Notes under the pieces: model-generated
Told to the model about the DNA's origin: nothing
Databases searched by the model: none
What the model saw: the letters and a program-made list of their open reading frames with translations, nothing else
In this document: positions 49,802-61,286 of the stretch, piece by piece
Position numbering within the stretch: position 1 is the first letter of the stretch
Layout of the letters: each line of letters starts with the position of its first letter
Made by a program: the position numbers and the translations under genes
Assembly: GCA_965645245.1 (NCBI GenBank)
Contig: OZ287067.1
Coordinates: 3,658,001 to 3,722,000 of the forward strand
Direction: 5' to 3'
Length of the DNA: 64,000 nucleotides
Source: Massalongia carnosa
Lineage: Eukaryota

Positions 49802-52800
49802 TTAACTCGTGGATTGTTCGGTTGCTATCCTCACGTCTCCAAATTGGCCGAGGAGACGTGAGGATAGCATGAATTTGGATGCTGCCTTGGCCAGTCTGGG
49901 GGTGCTAAAAATTTCTTGGAGATCGAACACCTTCCGGCCTATCCAGATAGTCTCCATGCGCAATCGATGGTGCCTGACGCACTCCAGAAGCACATGGTGA
50001 ACTGTTTGATAACCGAAGCCGCATGGGCATTCGCCCGTTTCGGTGCGGCCTATATCTGAGAGATACTTGCGTAGACCAATCTTACCTGTTCTCATCTGCA
50101 CCAGGGTGGAACTCATTGACTTGTGAAGCCCCTGGTAGAGCTGCAAGACCTTGTTAGTGGGCTGGGGGAGGAGCTTTTTCGTCATCTGTCCGCGTTTTTC
50201 TGCCTCCCAATCCCCAGCCCATTCTTTGCTGATCATTGTCCTCATGTTGCGTTTTATCGCCGACTTCACTGTGTGTCCGAGGAAGTCGAAGTGGGTGATG
50301 GAGGGACTCTGGCCAGGTTCTAACCAGCCTGATGCTTCTTTTGCTGCTTGGTCTGCTATCTCGTTGCCTTCTACTCCCATATGCCCAGGTATCCAGCAGA
50401 GTCTGACTCTGGCCTGCATCTCCCGGCATGCGTGGAGTTTTCCAATGATCTCGCGTAGTATGAACTGACCTGATTGAGTTCCTGGGTCGGCTACTGATTT
50501 GATGGCTGATTGATTATCTGCAAAAACCGTTATTATCTCCCCTTGCCATCGTGCAATAGCCGCCGCCAGTCCCAGGTCGATGCCCACTAGTTCCGCGAGG
50601 TAAACTGTGGCTTCTTTGTTCGTTCCGAGGCGGGTTCCTACCCGTGTGTTGTCGCTGGGGATGACTGCTGCCGCACCAACTCCGAAGGGGTTATCACTCC
50701 CATCCGTGTATATGACTATTTGGTTCGGCTCTGATGTCATCTTATCATGCTCTTTGATTGCTTCCTCTTTACTGGAAGCAATGTGCGTTTCGGGGGGAGA
50801 CCACCATGGTTCCACTATGAATGGAAGAATGACCTCTAACCGCCAGGGTTGAGGGCATTTCCCCGAAGTCATTAAGCGGGACTCTAGCTTAGCTAGAGGG
50901 CTCCAGTATCGATAGTGGGAGTCCGCTTGGCTTGTCCAGGCGCGGATCTCACGTATTATGGCGTAAAGGGGGCTTGAACGTATGCGCAGTAGTGACTCGT
51001 TCACTGCCTGCTCCATGCGTTGCCGGCCAGGCAGGAGGTGAAGCTCCATATCCAAGGCCGGGCCCGAGGTTGTTCTAAATGCCCCTGAAATGATCAGTGC
51101 CGCCCGTCGCTGAATAGATCTGACGGCTTTGAGCACGGCGGTTGCTTGCGTGATAGTCCCGTATCCGCCCTCGGGAACATACCATGCAGAGCATCCAAAG
51201 GTGAGTTGCGGTAGTATGGTGGCTTGATAGATCCTTCGAAGGCTCGCAAGACTGGTGCCCCATGTGGAGCCCGCAAGGCTGCCTAGGGCCCCCAGTCTCT
51301 TTGAGGTTTTGGCTTCCAGTTTCCTTAAATGGGCGTGCCATTTGAGCTTGTCGTCGAATGTGGCGCCCAGGTAGGTGGCGGTATGCTGTGGCTTGATGGT
51401 TTTGCCCGCTAGGGAGATAGCTCTCTCTGGGGGGTTCAAATCCGTCTCTGAGGGTCCTTTGATAAAGTGCAAGAGCTGGAATTTGGCGGGGGCAAATTTG
51501 GAGGCGTGTGTGTCCGCCCATTTCTGCTCTCTCGTCATGAACGAGGCTTCGAGATTTCTACAGTTCTGTTCTGCTGAAGTTCCAATAATTAGTTTGGATA
51601 TGTCATCGACATAGCCCAAGTTCATCTTTTTGGGCCCTTCCTCTTCCATAAGGTCGGCGTTGTAGAAGAGATAAAGAATAGGAGATATAGGGGATCCCTG
51701 AGGGACTCCAAAGTTCGTGGTGAATGGTTGCGAGGTGTAGTCGGGCATGGCGATGGTCGTTTTCCTTTCCTGAAGGAAGCTTTTGATCCATTTAGCTATG
51801 TTGCCGCCTATTCTTCTCTTCCGTAGGTTGTGCAGTAGTCTTTCGTGGGATACGTTATCGTAAGCACCCGAGATGTCCAGCATGAGCACTGTGGCCACTT
51901 CGTTGTTAAGCCAGGCTGCGTGGATGGCCTCTAGGAGCAGATGGAGGGCGTGTTCGGGTGATCTAGCTCGCCTGCCGCCTATATGGAGTCTGGGGAGTAG
52001 GCTCTCGGTCTCCACCGCGTGATTGATTCTGGTTGCAATGATCTTCTCCATAGTCTTACCTAAAGTGTTGAGCAAGGCTATGGGTCTGTATGAATTCGGC
52101 AAACTGTAGTCGGCCTTAGCTGGTTTTCTGAGAACCACCGTGGTGGATTCTCTGAAAGCATTGGGGTGATGACCCAGTTCCCAGCTGGCGTTATACAGAG
52201 CTACAAGTGTGGGCATGATGAGCGGTAACACATCTCTGAGGATTCTATTAGGCAGTCCGTCGGGGCCTGGGGCCGAGAGTGGTGCTGCCTTTGTGATGGC
52301 TTTAGTTATTTCCCGAGCTGAGATGGGAGCAAATTGGATTGGCTCTGGATAGTTATAATCGGCCATGTCTTCAAGATTGGTCGCGTCCGGGATAGGAAAA
52401 AACTGTCTGCGAAGCAGTTCAGCCTTGCCCGAGGCCTCCGTCAATTTGGAGCCATCGCTTTTCATTAGGGTTGGGGTGAAGGCTTGGAATGGGGTCGACC
52501 TGTTCTTAGCCCATTTCGCAAGCTTCCAGAGACCATCTGGAGTGCTGGTGGCCTCCTCTACCCTGTCCCTATGTGTTGTCTTAAGAGCTTTTTGTACGAT
52601 TTTGTTTTTGCTGTTTCTCGCCTCTCGGTAGGCTTCCCAGTCTTCCAGAGAGCGCGTTTCCTTATGCTTGCGCCTGAGACGTCTGCATAGGGTGACTGCC
52701 TCTTTGCATTCCGGGGTAAAGCCAGGTTTTGAATGATTGCACCCTCTAGAAAGTGGGACTGCTGTCTCCACTGCGTGCTGGATAGCTTCAACTAACTCAT

Positions 52801-53656
52801 GGGCCAAGTTGTCGAGTTCTTGAACTGTACTCACGCTCCTAGGTGCCGGGAGCTTGTCTGTCATCGTGTCTAGTAGCTTTTTCCTATCAGTCTTAGACCA
52901 CATGCGAGAGGACCTTATGGCCCTCTTAACTGTGGTGATATCGAATGCTGTGCCAATGGGGTAGTGATCTGAGTCACAATCCAACTCTCTTCTCACATCG
53001 CACATGAGTACGGCTGAAGCCACTGCGGGGGTTGCGAACGTTAAGTCTATCGTGCTCTGTGCTGATCTATGATCGTATGTTATGGTGCCAGGGGGGAGCA
53101 GAAGTTCTAGCTCGCTTTGATCGAGAATCTCCAGTAGTTGGTCTGCCTCCGGGTGTTGATGATGGTAGTCTTCGCCAGTCCATAGGGGATGGTGAAGATT
53201 GAAGTCCCCTACCACTATGTGTTCTCCCTCCACCTCTAGCGCCTTGCTTAGGTCTGGCAAGGTGCTGTAGTTTCCCTGAGAGGGGGAGGGATTGTAGATG
53301 TTATGGATATTGATGACTCGCTGGGTTTCGCCAGGAAATTCCAAGTGCAAAGTCATCAGATCGGGAGAGTGGAAGGTTACCTTCCAAGAGGCGCTTGCTA
53401 TGTCTTTGTTGACGAACATGCATACTCTCGGAGGGAGCTCTTGTTCTCCTGTTTCGGGGGGATAGAGAAGGTGGAAAACATTTTTGACCGGATTGTGCGT
53501 GGTGTGTTGATAGGGGTTCCCCGCCCAGGGTTCCTGGATGGCCAGGATGCCGTATTTCATGCTTTCCTCCCTGCGAAGGAAGTCCGCCATGACAGTGTTC
53601 TTGGATTTGTTGCAGTTGTACTGAAGTATGGACAGATAGTGGGTGTATTCACTCAT
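49802..53656 (-). CDS. LINE ORF2: AP endonuclease, RT, RNase H, C-terminal Cys/His finger (1284 aa), intact
   Basis: LQYN, IQEP, GDFNLHH, SDH; GVPQGSPISP, YVDD; YTDGS..AEL..ADNQSA..WIPGH..GNE.AD; CPCG..H..C; ATGA overlap with ORF1 stop. Confidence 0.97.
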   Translation of the reverse strand: MSEYTHYLSILQYNCNKSKNTVMADFLRREESMKYGILAIQEPWAGNPYQHTTHNPVKNVFHLLYPPETGEQELPPRVCMFVNKDIASASWKVTFHSPDLMTLHLEFPGETQRVINIHNIYNPSPSQGNYSTLPDLSKALEVEGEHIVVGDFNLHHPLWTGEDYHHQHPEADQLLEILDQSELELLLPPGTITYDHRSAQSTIDLTFATPAVASAVLMCDVRRELDCDSDHYPIGTAFDITTVKRAIRSSRMWSKTDRKKLLDTMTDKLPAPRSVSTVQELDNLAHELVEAIQHAVETAVPLSRGCNHSKPGFTPECKEAVTLCRRLRRKHKETRSLEDWEAYREARNSKNKIVQKALKTTHRDRVEEATSTPDGLWKLAKWAKNRSTPFQAFTPTLMKSDGSKLTEASGKAELLRRQFFPIPDATNLEDMADYNYPEPIQFAPISAREITKAITKAAPLSAPGPDGLPNRILRDVLPLIMPTLVALYNASWELGHHPNAFRESTTVVLRKPAKADYSLPNSYRPIALLNTLGKTMEKIIATRINHAVETESLLPRLHIGGRRARSPEHALHLLLEAIHAAWLNNEVATVLMLDISGAYDNVSHERLLHNLRKRRIGGNIAKWIKSFLQERKTTIAMPDYTSQPFTTNFGVPQGSPISPILYLFYNADLMEEEGPKKMNLGYVDDISKLIIGTSAEQNCRNLEASFMTREQKWADTHASKFAPAKFQLLHFIKGPSETDLNPPERAISLAGKTIKPQHTATYLGATFDDKLKWHAHLRKLEAKTSKRLGALGSLAGSTWGTSLASLRRIYQATILPQLTFGCSAWYVPEGGYGTITQATAVLKAVRSIQRRAALIISGAFRTTSGPALDMELHLLPGRQRMEQAVNESLLRIRSSPLYAIIREIRAWTSQADSHYRYWSPLAKLESRLMTSGKCPQPWRLEVILPFIVEPWWSPPETHIASSKEEAIKEHDKMTSEPNQIVIYTDGSDNPFGVGAAAVIPSDNTRVGTRLGTNKEATVYLAELVGIDLGLAAAIARWQGEIITVFADNQSAIKSVADPGTQSGQFILREIIGKLHACREMQARVRLCWIPGHMGVEGNEIADQAAKEASGWLEPGQSPSITHFDFLGHTVKSAIKRNMRTMISKEWAGDWEAEKRGQMTKKLLPQPTNKVLQLYQGLHKSMSSTLVQMRTGKIGLRKYLSDIGRTETGECPCGFGYQTVHHVLLECVRHHRLRMETIWIGRKVFDLQEIFSTPRLAKAASKFMLSSRLLGQFGDVRIATEQSTS

Positions 53657-55350
53657 AGTTCCTCTAATATCTGAGTACTGGGCTGCAAGCGACGGGTTGC
53701 CGATCTGGTGGTCATTGAAGAACTATCGTCGTTCTCCTTATCGCTCAAGACCTCCACAGCCTTCGAGGAGGGTTCCTTCTTTCCCTTCTTAGAAGCTGCT
53801 TGTGCCATGCTCCTGTTGGTAGAACTGGGGTTGTCTGCCAGGGGCTCTACCTCCCCATGCGCCCGCTTCTTCCCCTTGCGGAGAGTTGGCACGGTTTGCC
53901 AATCTTTCTCTCGTACAGAGCTCGTTCGAGGGCCCTGTTCCACCTGGGTTGAGGCTGGGGTCACCTCACTGCTTGTCGTGACCGTCGGCGTGGTCGATGC
54001 CGGCGGACCGCTCCGTTCTTGTTCCTGACCATTTAGGGTCTCCCTTGAGGAGGCCCTGAGAGGCCAGAAGGGGAGAGCTTCTTCTTTGGCCCGCTTCATT
54101 CGGGCCTTTTCCTTCTTTCGCTCCGGGCAAGACTCTGCGCTTGCCCCGTGGCCCTCCTTGCCACACGCATTGCATTTGAGAGTGACCGATTTGCAATCGG
54201 TCATGTGGTGACTTTCGGAACATTTGAAGCATGTTTGATGCTTCTGTCGGCAAGCATGGCTCGTGTGACCATACTTACCGCACCGGAAACATTGCCTAAG
54301 CCTGGCCTCCGGAACATGTCTTTCCACCGCGAAAGATCTCCCATCCAAATATAGCTGCGAGGCCAAAATGGCATTGCAGTCTAATTCGTTCTCAAAGTAT
54401 ACCACCATGGATCTAGCTGTGGCTCCTGCCTTACTCGTGCGGGACAACCATTCTACTCCTGTTACCCTATTCCTAACGGGCATATGTGACTTATTTTCCT
54501 CCCAGAGGCGTTCCTTGATGTCTGTCATGCTTAGATTAGCCGGTACAAAGTGCGCGATTAAGCCGAAGCTTGGCTGTATTATAGTAGCTTTGCTCGATAG
54601 CCTGATGGCCCATCGGGTGTCTTTTCTTAGGCGTTCCGTGTCTGAGGCGTTGTTGACTATTACCTGTAGGTCTCCGCTAGGGAGGACCCTTGCTGCTATT
54701 GCTACGGCTGCTGCCTTGGCTGTGCCATTGGAAATAGAGGGGGCGTGAGCGTTTTGATTGGTCGGAATTCTCGTGTTGTTATGATCCTTTAACGCGTTAG
54801 ATATTGCCGCGTTGATTCTGTCTTTGAGCGCTGAGGAGGCCAGTTTGGCCAGATCCTTTGCTATGGCTTCGTTGTTCAGTTTGACGACGATTTCCCGAGC
54901 TTTCTCTTCTAGTATAGGAGCGGGGATGGACGTCCCCGAAAGCGTAGAGATCGTTGGGGCCGAGGCAGCAAAGGCTGCCCGTTCTGCCCAGGTTATCGTC
55001 CTCTTGTAGCCAGTAGTGGCCGCGGAGGAGGTAGTGGGTGTTGTGCGGGCGGTGTCTTGCTTGCGTTCGACATAGGTGACTTTAGTGAGCGTTTGCTCTG
55101 TAGTGTTCTTTATTTGGTTGATGGTAGCTTGGAGCTGATCCATTGTGGGCTGGTTGCGCATCTTCTCCAGTAGGCTGAGCATACTGGAGAGTAACGGGGT
55201 GTAAGACTGAACCTTCATAGGTCTTTGCTTCTGATATGCCTCGCAGTTAGTTAAGTTATTAAGCACATTGGTGAGGAAGTGACGATGCTCGTCTAGTGAA
55301 TCGGGGGGGGCGTCGTTGGGCACGACAAAAGAGCTCCCCATGGTTGCCAC
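53653..55350 (-). CDS. LINE ORF1 gag-like nucleic-acid-binding protein (565 aa)
   Basis: Three CCHC knuckles (CFRC..GH..C, CFKC..H..C, CNAC..GH..C). Confidence 0.94.
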   Translation of the reverse strand: MATMGSSFVVPNDAPPDSLDEHRHFLTNVLNNLTNCEAYQKQRPMKVQSYTPLLSSMLSLLEKMRNQPTMDQLQATINQIKNTTEQTLTKVTYVERKQDTARTTPTTSSAATTGYKRTITWAERAAFAASAPTISTLSGTSIPAPILEEKAREIVVKLNNEAIAKDLAKLASSALKDRINAAISNALKDHNNTRIPTNQNAHAPSISNGTAKAAAVAIAARVLPSGDLQVIVNNASDTERLRKDTRWAIRLSSKATIIQPSFGLIAHFVPANLSMTDIKERLWEENKSHMPVRNRVTGVEWLSRTSKAGATARSMVVYFENELDCNAILASQLYLDGRSFAVERHVPEARLRQCFRCGKYGHTSHACRQKHQTCFKCSESHHMTDCKSVTLKCNACGKEGHGASAESCPERKKEKARMKRAKEEALPFWPLRASSRETLNGQEQERSGPPASTTPTVTTSSEVTPASTQVEQGPRTSSVREKDWQTVPTLRKGKKRAHGEVEPLADNPSSTNRSMAQAASKKGKKEPSSKAVEVLSDKENDDSSSMTTRSATRRLQPSTQILEEL

Positions 55351-57213
55351 AATGCAGCCACAACAGAAGGGACGACATAACTTTCGGCCAAGATAGCTAC
55401 AGAGTCGGGGAGCAATTCTACGTGATCACAATGACTATTGAGGGCTTGTATGGGTAACGAATGCAATTTCTAGTGCTAGCTAAAAAAGTGCGAAAGGTTT
55501 CAAGAAGTCCTGATGGCTTGATTAGTCCCACTAGGTCAGAGTTTATCTTTTGAAAGAGCTCTGTGGCCTTCTCTTGCCGTGTTCGGTTATATATCTTTTT
55601 GGCTTTTCCCATTTCGCATGCATGGCAAAACCAACCGTGGTTGATATCGTCATCGTACGTTATGTCTAGCGTTTTCAGATATTTTCGACACGTTGCTATG
55701 TTGAGATGACCAAGCCTTCCATGCCATGTAATGAGTTTTGATTTGACAGATAATGACGTCCAGTCCTTGATAGGTGTCCTCGTCTACTTTGCTCAAATGC
55801 ATCCTCAAATCTGGAGTGTCAATGGTCGTTGAAATGTTGGTTGATGTATGAGATAAGTCCGCCTTCGTTTCTAACGAGGTAGTCTTTTGTTCCTTTGCTC
55901 TTCCGGATTCGAGCGAACTTCTATGTCTTTTTAACTGTGGAAACTTCTGCAAACAGGTACCTAGCCAATGACGAGTGTTCTTTCTCTTGACACATTAAGA
56001 GAAGGTGCAGTTCCCTGATGGGGCTCGACCTCTTGAGTCAGGTGTGCTGATATGAAGTGCCTTGGTGATTTTCATGTTGACATAATAAGCAATAATGGTC
56101 TTCATTGCTTCCGACAGGTTTGTGGTTTCGTATGTTCAATCTCGTCGAAGTTGGGCTATCAATGGGGAATAGACGTCTGGTATTACCCAGCATCATTCCC
56201 TTAAGCATAAACTCCACGGTATGCACATCCACTTTGGCCTTGTCGTCCAGCATTCCTTTAATCTTGTTTATAGCGCTCTCGTAATATGCACAGTATAGAC
56301 TGGTCGTCTCGAAGTCGGTCATCTTCTTGGAACTAACCTTCAGAATGATGTCGCTGATGCTCATTGGTGCTATATCTTGGAATCTATCCTTCAGGATTTT
56401 CCACATTTCTGCCACATTCTTGTTATCGATGAGGCTGTAATGGCACTCCGCAACTAATCCGTGAATGATTCCTATAGCCTTGGTCATCTCGGCCTTCTGT
56501 CTATTCTTCTAGTCACGCAGTTCTTTTACCAAGATGCTGACTGAAAGACCTTTGGCGTCGAAGCCTGCTTGTATTAAACCTTCCTCGATGATTTCAGCGG
56601 TGATTTCTGATTGATTCTCCAGAATGGCTCCTTCGCAGTTGTTCTTGAGCAGAATGCCCTTCGTATAGATTGCCCCTGCCGAATATCTTTCGGCTTTCTC
56701 CAAAAGATGTGACGTATCTATGATATACATAATGGGAGAATGGGGAGCAATTGAACAAGGCGAGAAACTTAGTAGTGACTGAAAGAATGTGGATCTGTGA
56801 CCTTTCGTATAGACAAGGAAAAAACAGTCCCTCCTTAGCCAGTGTCCACTCTGATGTCTCAACAGAGAAACCTGTTAGCTTAACATGCTTGTTTGCCATG
56901 ATGAGAATTTCAACTCCGGCTTTTTCAAGGGTCCAATTGACCAAAAGCAAATTGATTATTGCAATTTGATTTAACCGGCCTTAGGCCGGTTAGATAATAA
57001 GAGGCAACTGCCGCACAATCTCATCTAGTGCCTTAAGGAGGCATAATTGCCAAAAAGAAAGGTCTTTGTGCCTTCGATCAATGAGTTTACTAAGCTCTTT
57101 GATGTCCGAGGGATTTTGTATTTTTTGCGTGTCCAGAACTCAACCACGGGTGAACTGACGCTTTGATGATTTTTGAACCAATGGGGCGCTCAGGGCCAGC
57201 AATATACTTTTTT

Positions 57214-57635
57214 TGCCTTCGACCATCGAGCTTAGCGAGCTCTTTTGGTGTCCGAGGACTTCGGTGCCTTCGACCATCGAGATTAGCGAGCTCTTTGGTG
57301 TCCGAGGACTTCGGTGCCTTCGACCATCGAGCTTAGCAGGCTCTTTGGTATCCGAGGACTTGAGCGCCTTCGACCATCGAGCTTAGCAAGCTTTTTGGTG
57401 TCCGAGGACTTGAGTGCCTTCGACCATCGAGCGTAGCAAGCTCTTCTGGTGTCCGAGGACTTGGGTGCCTTCGACCATCGAGCGTAGCAAGCTCTTCTGG
57501 TGTCCGAGGACTTGGGTGCCTTCGACCATCGAGCGTAGCAAGCTCTTCAGCTTAGCAAGCTCTTTGGTATCCGAGGACTTGAGTGCCTTCGACCATCGAG
57601 CTTAGCAAGCTCTTTGGTGTCCGAGGGCTTCGGTG
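57214..57635. repeat. Tandem array of ~50-51-bp units (about 8 copies) in the Copia-2 5' UTR
   Basis: Unit GTGCCTTCGACCATCGAGCTTAGCAAGCTCTTTGGTGTCCGAGGACTTGA; a diverged copy near 57068-57115. Confidence 0.92.
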
Positions 57636-58250
57636 TAGTCCGATCAATGTGTTCATGCTCTTTCTAACACGCAGTTTTTGTGCTTCTGACAAGAAATCGC
57701 TGTGTACAGAAGAGAGAACTGATTGATGTGATTTAAGGGATCGTTTCTAAAGACACAGAAAGATTTTAGTCATGTGTCTACGATTCATTGAATAGGAACG
57801 ATGCTTAGCTGATTGCACTGCGAAGCTGCGGATTAAAAGTTTCGATTCGTTTAAATCGATAGCACCCTTCCGGGCTCATAACCTGTTGAAATAGGTGTAT
57901 GACTATGGCTATATGGCTATGTAATAATAAAGGTATGTATGACCGTGATGTTAAGGATGAAGAGTTGCTAGGCAGCAATCTTTTCCTATTACTGGTCACC
58001 CCCTTCTAAGCGAGGTGATCTTATCTTATCTTGGGACTAAGCCTAATGCGGCATCTACGGTTTCCGTAGATGATCTGTCCATCTAGGGCAGCCGTAGGTG
58101 CTATGTTCATCGTACTGATAGGTGTTCATTGTGCTGGTAGGAATTGGATATTCAACAAGCCTCCCTCCACCCATTTTACATACAGTTTCGGCTTCAATAT
58201 CTAATAATTGTAAAAATGATGATCATCTGCATGTAAGTTTACTAAAACAA

Positions 58251-61200
58251 TCACATTTTACGTGGTGGACGAACAATACGACCCCGTCTGGTAGTTTGAA
58301 CCTCCTTCACCACCTCAACCACCTCCACCACCTCCTTTGCCCCTTCCACTCTCTCTGTCACCTCCGTGATTGGATGAAGCATGAAGGTGGGTAACAAACA
58401 CTCTTTTGAAGGACTTATAGGCCTTATTTGTGAATTACAGGGAATTTTTTGAGGACTTTTCGTAGGGGATGTAGACGTTTGTCCTAGTAAATCAGGCCCA
58501 AATCGACACATTTCTCTGAAGGTTTTGATAAGATCCTGCTCCGCTCGTTTCAACTGAGCTGCCTTCTTTTTGTCATCCTTCACCTTCTGTTGAGTTTTAG
58601 CCCATTGCTGTCTTTGTTGAACGTATTCGAGGCTCAGGACTCGAGCCTTTCCACCATAGTGAGCCCCGCTACGATTGGCTCGATGATGCCGCCGTAAATT
58701 GGCCTGAAGAAGCTCGTTGTTGGTAATTCGTAGCAAGGTAGAGTCGGCAAAGGCGTATTTGGCCCCCTTTATCAATTTGTTAAGCGCTCGGGCGGGTGTC
58801 GAGTCTGAATTCTCATCAGATCGAATTCGACGAATCAATTGATCTAATTGATCGATATTTGCATGTGTCTTTTCCACCTCGATGACAGCTTTCTGAGAAC
58901 TCTGAATTATCGGAGTGTCAGGGTCAGAGACAGACGTGGTCTCCGGATCAATTCCGACATTCGTAAAAGTGGAAGTAGTGGTGGTGGTAGTGGTGGTGAT
59001 GGTAGTGGTAATTATGCTGTCAGTCTTTCACAACACCGATTGTTTATTAGAGAGTATCTGAAGAACTAGAGAAGGATTGTGTAATACGGATGGCGCTAGA
59101 GTGATACGTGATCGCCTATGGCGGTTGCGGGATTAACTAGCGTGGACCATGCCGTAGTACGAAGTCGCATAAGCCGTCGAGGCTGACACACTGCCATCTT
59201 GCCCCGAAACTTCGGAGTTATTGTTATCACGTTCTTGACTACTTACAGATCAAACACCTGTCGAGGCCGTGGTGGTAGATTGCCATGGAGTGTAAGGCGG
59301 ACTCCTGTGGAGACGCCAAGGAACTCTATATGGGATCTACTGGCCTACTCGGAGCTACTGGATCTCTTGTTGGTTCAAGAGAGGTAGCAGGAGGCACGGC
59401 TCGCTGGACGCAGCTTGAGCTAGGCTCCCCGGTGTAAACTTCAGCTTCAACCTTTATTACTACGTTGGTAGTGATGTCGGCTGAATGAACCTACATGACC
59501 TCGTTGTCTAGACCTTGTGTCTAGAGGCAGGTCCGCAGTGTAGCGAGGTATTCAGTCGGAGGTAACCTTCCATCACTAGGTAGAGGTGACGGCGAAATGA
59601 AGCTACATAGCCTGAGGCATGTAGTGAGAGATCTAGCCGGGGGTAGAATTGTTCTACCTTGCAAGGGAAGATCTAGAAGGCTGCTCGAGGCTGACTAGAT
59701 GATCCAGTAAACGCCGAGTTCGTGGATGGATCCTGAGGGATGGTTGGATGTAATGCGATAAAGTCGGATGTGGATTGCAAGGCTGTAATGCTCGCAAGAC
59801 TCCCAAGGCTTGCAAGGCTCCTAAGGTTCCAAGGCTCCCAAGGCTATAGGCTTGGGGTGAGTAGGATAAATATCAGAACGAATCTTGTAGTATTCGTTAG
59901 CAATTAGTCTTTATTCTATGAACAACCTACGTTTGGGTCTCGGACGAGATCTCTTGGTCTAAGCACTTCCACATCAATTAGTTCTTTGGATCACATATAC
60001 TCTCGGAGACTAGCACGTAGTAGCTATCTTCCTCCTCTCACGTTGAGCATTTCCCCTTTCGAGATCAGTGTCGCTCGTGATAAGCTTACTGGTCTCGTAG
60101 CCCATTACAGATTTTATGGCACTAATCCGGTGACTCTCCACGCAGTGAGCACGTTTTTTGTGTTGATTGCTTCTTTTCTTGCTTTTTGTATGATCTTCAA
60201 AAAGTCCACCTTTTCAATCGAACAAACGTTGAATCGAGTGACGGCCTCCAGTTGTTTTTTATACTCCCAAGACAGGGGACCGAAAACGCTCACGTCTAGA
60301 GGTTGTAGTAAATGTGTAGTATGAGGAGGTAGACATAGAGGAATTATTTTCTTTTCATTGCAAAACTGGATAAATTCAGTAGAAATATGAGAAGCATGAC
60401 CGTCTACCATCAGAAGTCGATAATCACCATGTAAATATTTTGCAGTAGCAGGCTCAAAACATCTTTTCAACCAATCGACACCTAGTTCGTTATCTGTCCA
60501 TCCGTTTTCACTGGTGGCAATTTCTCTGTGAATATCTTCCAGAACATCAAACCAGGCCTTTAGTTTGTTTACCCCTTTGAAAATGACGAAGAGGGGTAGA
60601 CTGCGTCCAGTAGCAGAAATGGCCTCGATTAATGACACCCATTCTCGATTACCTGATTGTGCTGAAATGGCCTGCTTTTCGTGCTTAGGTATTACCACTT
60701 TAGCACTAGCGGCCACCCCCATCATGAACCCTTTTTCATCCATATTGTAGATGTCTTCATCAAGAATTCCGTGTTTTTGTTTGACGGAAAGAAAAAGCTC
60801 GAACCAGTGTTTAAAAATCTCTTCGTTCTCCGCAAATAATCGTTCCTGATCCAATGTGCGATTATATTTGGCCTGCAAATCGGGATAACGATGTAAAAAA
60901 TGCTGTTGCCAATTAACTCCCAGGGCAGTATGATTTCCCCTTGCTCGCAATAATTCGATGGCCATTTGACGCAATTGAGCGACTTTAGCAGGCCAGCCCC
61001 AGTCGTACAATTGTAAAACACAGTCCTTCATAGCGTCCTCTTCTTCAGGTGTCAACAGCTGTCTGACTTGATCGGATGAAAATCGTGGTTGACAACCCTG
61101 AATGCGAGCATGAAGGGTGGACTTTGAAACGCCATACAGAGCAGCTGCCTTCGTGATGGAAAGACTCTTGTCGGTCTGTTTCCAGGCCAGAAAAGCTGAT

Positions 61201-61286
61201 TGTAATCGTTGTTGATACGCGGAGGTGGGGTGGGAAGAAGGAAGCTTGGAGGTTTTTTTAGAGGTGGATTTTTTACAAACAGCTAT
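58251..61286 (-). pseudogene. Fot1 transposase, start codon apparently ATG>ATA, interrupted by a solo LTR
   Basis: HTH AAALYGVSKSTL, NMDEKGF, ENGWTD, LMVDGHASH, QPLDVSVF, C-terminal TRRGR. Confidence 0.92.
59080..60109. mobile_element. Solo LTR, 1030-bp family, copy 4
   Basis: Imperfect TSD GATTG/GATTT; interrupts Fot1 GLVP(Y)NP. Confidence 0.9.

Larger units (their letters stand above)
49457..55498 (-). mobile_element. Full-length LINE (Tad1-like, with RNase H)
   Basis: TSD TTCAAGAAGTCCTGAT (49441-49456, 55499-55514); 148-bp 5' UTR; short ATCA-type tail; removal restores Copia integrase DLVGLIKPSGLLE|ELYLF. Confidence 0.95.
45582..58157 (-). mobile_element. Decayed Ty1/Copia element (Copia-2) hosting a LINE and two solo LTRs
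   Basis: 274-bp LTRs 45582-45855 and 57884-58157 (3 mismatches seen), TSD AGCCT, PBS GGTTATGAGCCC; fragments of gag (56038-56731), integrase (SDLVG..TDFGAE..NGVAER), RT (FVDD) and RNase H (SSTEAEY, KHIDIQ). Confidence 0.93.

Noticed and set aside
57214..57635. CRISPR-like regular repeats
   Set aside because: Units are contiguous with no unique spacers, there are no cas genes, and the context is a eukaryotic retrotransposon UTR
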